Positions 60,416 to 64,000 of a DNA stretch of 64,000 nucleotides are shown here, in pieces. Every line of letters begins with the position of its first letter. Position 1 is the stretch's first letter. Under the pieces are notes generated by a model, which saw nothing but the letters and a program-made list of their open reading frames with translations, searched no databases and had not been told where the DNA came from. The position numbers were made by a program, and so were the translations under genes. Source of the DNA: an uncultured bacterium (GTDB lineage: Bacteria; Zixibacteria; MSB-5A5; CAIYYT01); NCBI GenBank assembly GCA_963726455.1, contig CAVSCK010000005.1, forward strand, positions 288,001 to 352,000, given 5' to 3'.

Positions 60416-61882
60416 TTAATCTTCGCCCTGGGCCTTGGTGAAACCGGGGGCGCCGTCAAACTCCTGCAGCTTCTCGATATGCGCCCAGCGATACTGAGCA
60501 CTGATCTTCTGGATTACGCTGAGGATGGCCTCGTCTGTCAGACCACCGGCTGTCTGGCGCTGCATCAAACGACAACGGAACTGATCGACCGTGTCGGTAA
60601 TCGCACCCATCGCCGGATAGACTTTCGTGCCACGGCTGGCGACCATCTTAAGTTGAACGGCGGTACCATCGACGAGCGAGGTCACATTCTTTCCGATCTC
60701 GTCGGGAGTCTGAGCGCTTTCGATGAAGACGTCGACGCCGACGACGCGACGAGCTGCCGGACGGACAAAATCAGGGCGCTTGTCGATCTCCGGCATACGA
60801 ATCGGCCGGTAATCACGGGCTCTTGAACGGCTGGGGGCCTTTCCGAAGTTATTGATAATCTCATCCGTGTAGGCGGTGGTTGAGGCGGCTTTGGCATCGC
60901 CGACAACGTCGCGCGGCATCACCTTGCCCGCTTCAAGTGTGGCGAGCAACGCGTTTTCGATTGTCGCGGCTTCCTTGAACAGTGTCAGATAGCGCAGCAT
61001 CATGACAGCCGAAAGTATCATGGCCGAAGGATTAATTATGTTCTTGCCGGCATATTTCGGAGCGGAACCATGTACTGCCTCGAAGATAGCAACTTCGTTA
61101 CCGATATTGGCCGACGGGGCAAAACCCAGACCACCGACGAGCGCCGAAGTCAGGTCGCTGATGATATCGCCGTTCATGTTCGTGGTGATGATAACCTCAA
61201 ACTGCTCCGGCTTCTTGACCAACTGATGAGCGCAGTTGTCGATGATGATATGATTGGCTTCGATGTCGGGGTACTCGCGGGCGACTTCCTCGAAAGTCCG
61301 CTTGAGCAGTCCCTCGGTCATCTTCATGATATTGGCTTTGGTAGCGCAATGGACTTTTTTGCGTCCTTCGGCGCGGGCAACCTCAAAGCCGAGGCGCACG
61401 ATCTTCTCGCAACCTTTGCGCGAGATAAGCTTGAGGCACTGGGCAACGCCGGGCGTCTGCATGTGTTCGATACCGGCATATAGATCTTCGACGTTCTCTC
61501 TCACGACGATCAAGTCGATACCGCGACCGGAGTACGGCGTTGGAACGCCGGGAATTTCGCGCACGGGGCGCAGATTGCCGTAAGTCTCGAACAGTTTGCG
61601 CAGGGTGACATTGGCGCTTTTCTCGCCATAGCCAATCGGAGTCTCCAGCGGACCCTTGAGGGCGAGCCGGGTTTTGCGTATCGATTCGATAGTCTCCGGC
61701 GTTACTCCGGAAGGAATTCCCTTCTTAAAGACGCTGGCTCCCGCCTGCCGTTCTTCCCATTCAATCGGCGCGCCGGTGGCCTCGATGATTTTCTTTGCGG
61801 CCGCGGACACTTCCACCCCGATACCGTCACCGGGAATAAGGGTAATCAGTATCTTCCCCGATTCCGTCATATAAGGTTTCAT
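60416..61882 (-). CDS. icd: NADP-dependent isocitrate dehydrogenase (long form with C-terminal extension)
   Basis: IPGDGIG, KGPLETP, SANVTLRK, REN.EDLYAG, KANIMK, NMNGDIISD, EAVHGSAP, C-terminal KAQGE. Confidence 0.92.
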   Translation of the reverse strand: MKPYMTESGKILITLIPGDGIGVEVSAAAKKIIEATGAPIEWEERQAGASVFKKGIPSGVTPETIESIRKTRLALKGPLETPIGYGEKSANVTLRKLFETYGNLRPVREIPGVPTPYSGRGIDLIVVRENVEDLYAGIEHMQTPGVAQCLKLISRKGCEKIVRLGFEVARAEGRKKVHCATKANIMKMTEGLLKRTFEEVAREYPDIEANHIIIDNCAHQLVKKPEQFEVIITTNMNGDIISDLTSALVGGLGFAPSANIGNEVAIFEAVHGSAPKYAGKNIINPSAMILSAVMMLRYLTLFKEAATIENALLATLEAGKVMPRDVVGDAKAASTTAYTDEIINNFGKAPSRSRARDYRPIRMPEIDKRPDFVRPAARRVVGVDVFIESAQTPDEIGKNVTSLVDGTAVQLKMVASRGTKVYPAMGAITDTVDQFRCRLMQRQTAGGLTDEAILSVIQKISAQYRWAHIEKLQEFDGAPGFTKAQGED

Positions 61883-62037
61883 ACTAGCTTTACCTCATCA
61901 GATTATGTTTGTGAATCAATTCTCAAAGACATAGCCAATCTGGCGGGCTGAATCTCGGCCCACCGGTAAGCAAGGAATGTAAACGAATCTGGCTTGCATT
62001 TCAAGCGAATTCCCCTGCCAATTGCCGGCGACAGATT

Positions 62038-63117
62038 CTACCGGCTATCGCGCAAATCGTTCAAAATTGACCGGTAAACTGAAGGAAACGGGTAGGATTC
62101 AAGCCGATCGAGGCGCAGCCAATGCCAGCCATCCGCGGGATGTGCAGGCACTCGTTCGAGTTCATAAATCACCGGTGTTAGCCGCTCGGCGTACTGAGTG
62201 TAATGGTGAGTGCGCTTTCTCAAAGAACCGGCGAATGTGGGTGCAAGAGAATCGGGGCAGTTCGCCAACGACTTGATTAGCGAGGAGGCCGAGTGGTTGG
62301 CGGCAACTTTGGGAAGAACCCAAAGTCCGGCGAACAGCCCCTGCTCTTTCTTTGTAGCGAGCAACCGGCCGCGGTTGAGCAACAAAATAAGTTTGCTTTC
62401 ACGCTGCTGTGTGTGACCAGTCCGACTGCCGGGAATACTGTCTTGAAGGCCAAGTTTGTAAGCGCGACAATGTGAATGTAGAGGACAAGTAGAGCACTTC
62501 GGGTTACGATTCAAACAGACAGATTGCCCAAGTTCCATCACGGCTTCGTTGAAGGCGCCCGGATTCTTGTTTGGAATTGCTGCGGCAACGAATGATCGTG
62601 CGCGTCGTTCGGCAGTCTTGCTCCAAGTCCGTTGTCCGAGAAATCGCCTGACCACCCGGCGGACATTCGCGTCGAATACCGGATGCTCTTCTCCGAACGC
62701 GATACTCATAATTGCCGACGCCGTGTATTCGCCGATGCCCGGCAAGGAGCGCAACTGTTCTCTGTCGTTTGGGAGTGCACCAGCGAAATCTGTCACCAAT
62801 ATTCGCGCGGCGCGATGCAGATTGCGGGCGCGCGCGTAATAGCCAAGCCCTTCCCAGAATCTCAGCACTTCCCGTTCGCTTGCTGTAGCCAGTGATTCGA
62901 CGTCGGGGAAGCGTTGGCGCCAGCGTTCGAAATAGGGAATCGCCGTTGCCACGACAGTCTGCTGCAACATGATCTCGGAAACCCAGACGGAGTAAGGCGT
63001 GACATTCTTTCGCCAGGGCAGATCGCGACGATTCGTCGCAAACCACGACAGCAACTTCATTCGAAATCCGAACTGGAGGGATTTCGCGTCAGACTTATTC
63101 GCGCTTGTTGTCGTCAA
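62038..63117 (-). CDS. mutY: A/G-specific adenine glycosylase
   Basis: RDLPWR, WVSEIMLQQT, WEGLGYYARARNLH, LPGIGEYTA, C...NPKC..CPL..HC FeS motif. Confidence 0.92.
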   Translation of the reverse strand: MTTTSANKSDAKSLQFGFRMKLLSWFATNRRDLPWRKNVTPYSVWVSEIMLQQTVVATAIPYFERWRQRFPDVESLATASEREVLRFWEGLGYYARARNLHRAARILVTDFAGALPNDREQLRSLPGIGEYTASAIMSIAFGEEHPVFDANVRRVVRRFLGQRTWSKTAERRARSFVAAAIPNKNPGAFNEAVMELGQSVCLNRNPKCSTCPLHSHCRAYKLGLQDSIPGSRTGHTQQRESKLILLLNRGRLLATKKEQGLFAGLWVLPKVAANHSASSLIKSLANCPDSLAPTFAGSLRKRTHHYTQYAERLTPVIYELERVPAHPADGWHWLRLDRLESYPFPSVYRSILNDLRDSR

Positions 63118-63260
63118 CTTGGAACGCTCCGTACATCAATCCGCAGACTGCCATTAGTTGAGATCCAGACACCGATCTGCTGCGCCAAGTTTAACCTTGA
63201 CGGTCACTGTGGCCTGTGTTATACAACAGCCGGCCGTCGAATTTGTACAGGAGTTTTCCA

Positions 63261-64000
63261 GTGGAAGCATGGCTTTACGCCATAGTAAGTGTTCTGATTA
63301 TCAGTGCGGTGTCGCTGATCGGAGTGGTGACGCTCGGTTTGCGCAGCGAAAAGCTGCAGCGGATCACGCTCTTTTTGGTCAGCTTCGCAGTGGGCGGATT
63401 GTTCGGCGACGCTCTGATTCATTTGTTGCCGGAGTCCTTCCGGAAAGATGACTCGCCACTTCTCGCATCGCTCTTCGTAGTCGTGGGAATTCTCATATTC
63501 TTTGTGCTGGAGAAATTTCTGCGGTGGCGGCACTGTCACCTCCCGGGCGACAAACACGTTCACCCGGTGGTCACGATGAATCTCGTAGGCGAGGGCGTGC
63601 ACAATTTCATCGACGGTGTGCTGGTCGGCGCCAGCTATCTGGTCAGCATTCCTCTGGGGATTACCACGAGTCTGGCGATTGTGCTGCACGAAATCCCCAA
63701 GGAGTTCGGCGGCTTCTGTATTCTGATACACGGCGGCCTGACTACCAAACGGGCGCTGATGTTCAATTTCATTTGCGGACTGGTTTCCGTCGCGGGCACG
63801 CTGGCGGCGCTGCTGATCGGTTCGCATGTGCGCGGTTTTGCCGACGCGCTGGTGCCGATTACCGCCGGAGGATTTCTGTACATCGCCGGATCCGATCTGA
63901 TTCCGGAGTTGCAGCACGATACGAAAGTCACGGCCTCCCTCGGCCAGTTCGCCGGAATCGTGCTGGGCGTTGGGATTATGGCGCTCATGTTGCTCGCGGA
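63261..64000 (+). CDS. ZIP family metal transporter (runs off the window end; absent from the ORF track)
   Basis: AGGAG RBS + GTG; my translation gives MEAWLYAIVSVLIISAVSLIG...FAVGGLFGDALIHLLPE...HNFIDG...LHEIPKEFG...TAGGFLYIAGSDLIPEL. Confidence 0.88.
   Translation, partial: MEAWLYAIVSVLIISAVSLIGVVTLGLRSEKLQRITLFLVSFAVGGLFGDALIHLLPESFRKDDSPLLASLFVVVGILIFFVLEKFLRWRHCHLPGDKHVHPVVTMNLVGEGVHNFIDGVLVGASYLVSIPLGITTSLAIVLHEIPKEFGGFCILIHGGLTTKRALMFNFICGLVSVAGTLAALLIGSHVRGFADALVPITAGGFLYIAGSDLIPELQHDTKVTASLGQFAGIVLGVGIMALMLLA

Noticed and set aside
63219-63917. 232-aa minus-strand ORF
   Set aside because: Antisense to the ZIP transporter on the + strand.
1-64000. Prophage, IS, integron, CRISPR, tRNA/rRNA, defence island
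   Set aside because: No integrase, transposase, cas, phage structural or structural RNA signatures recognised by eye; small or divergent RNAs could have been missed.

Overview
Chromosomal window from a diderm bacterium of roughly mid-50s % GC (estimated by eye). The gene order (yggS-divIVA-pnp-ileS-dksA-lspA-rluD; mfd-PPIase-PPIase), the fused E1 and the many TPR, lipoprotein and Omp85 proteins suggest an FCB-associated lineage, possibly Zixibacteria; this is inference. Most of the window is housekeeping and envelope/proteolysis genes, about 45 CDS. I saw no rRNA, tRNA, CRISPR array, integrase or transposase. Seven single-base frameshifts split otherwise intact genes, including essential ileS, and are most likely consensus errors. 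The standout is a module at about 31.84-35.03 kb. A sigma70 promoter drives a small Sec-exported protein (DHPWQDD motif) coupled to a TPR-sigma54 enhancer-binding protein. These are followed by palindromic candidate enhancers, an IHF site, a consensus -24/-12 sigma54 promoter, and a ~210-nt structured transcript with no substantial ORF that ends at a terminator. This resembles an RRNPP-like peptide signal wired to a LuxO/Qrr-like sRNA output. Other points: a GVHH-type IleRS2, a CxxCH-porin fusion, a peptidase-propeller-Omp85 fusion, two likely pseudo-peptidases, and a phased XRE operator array.
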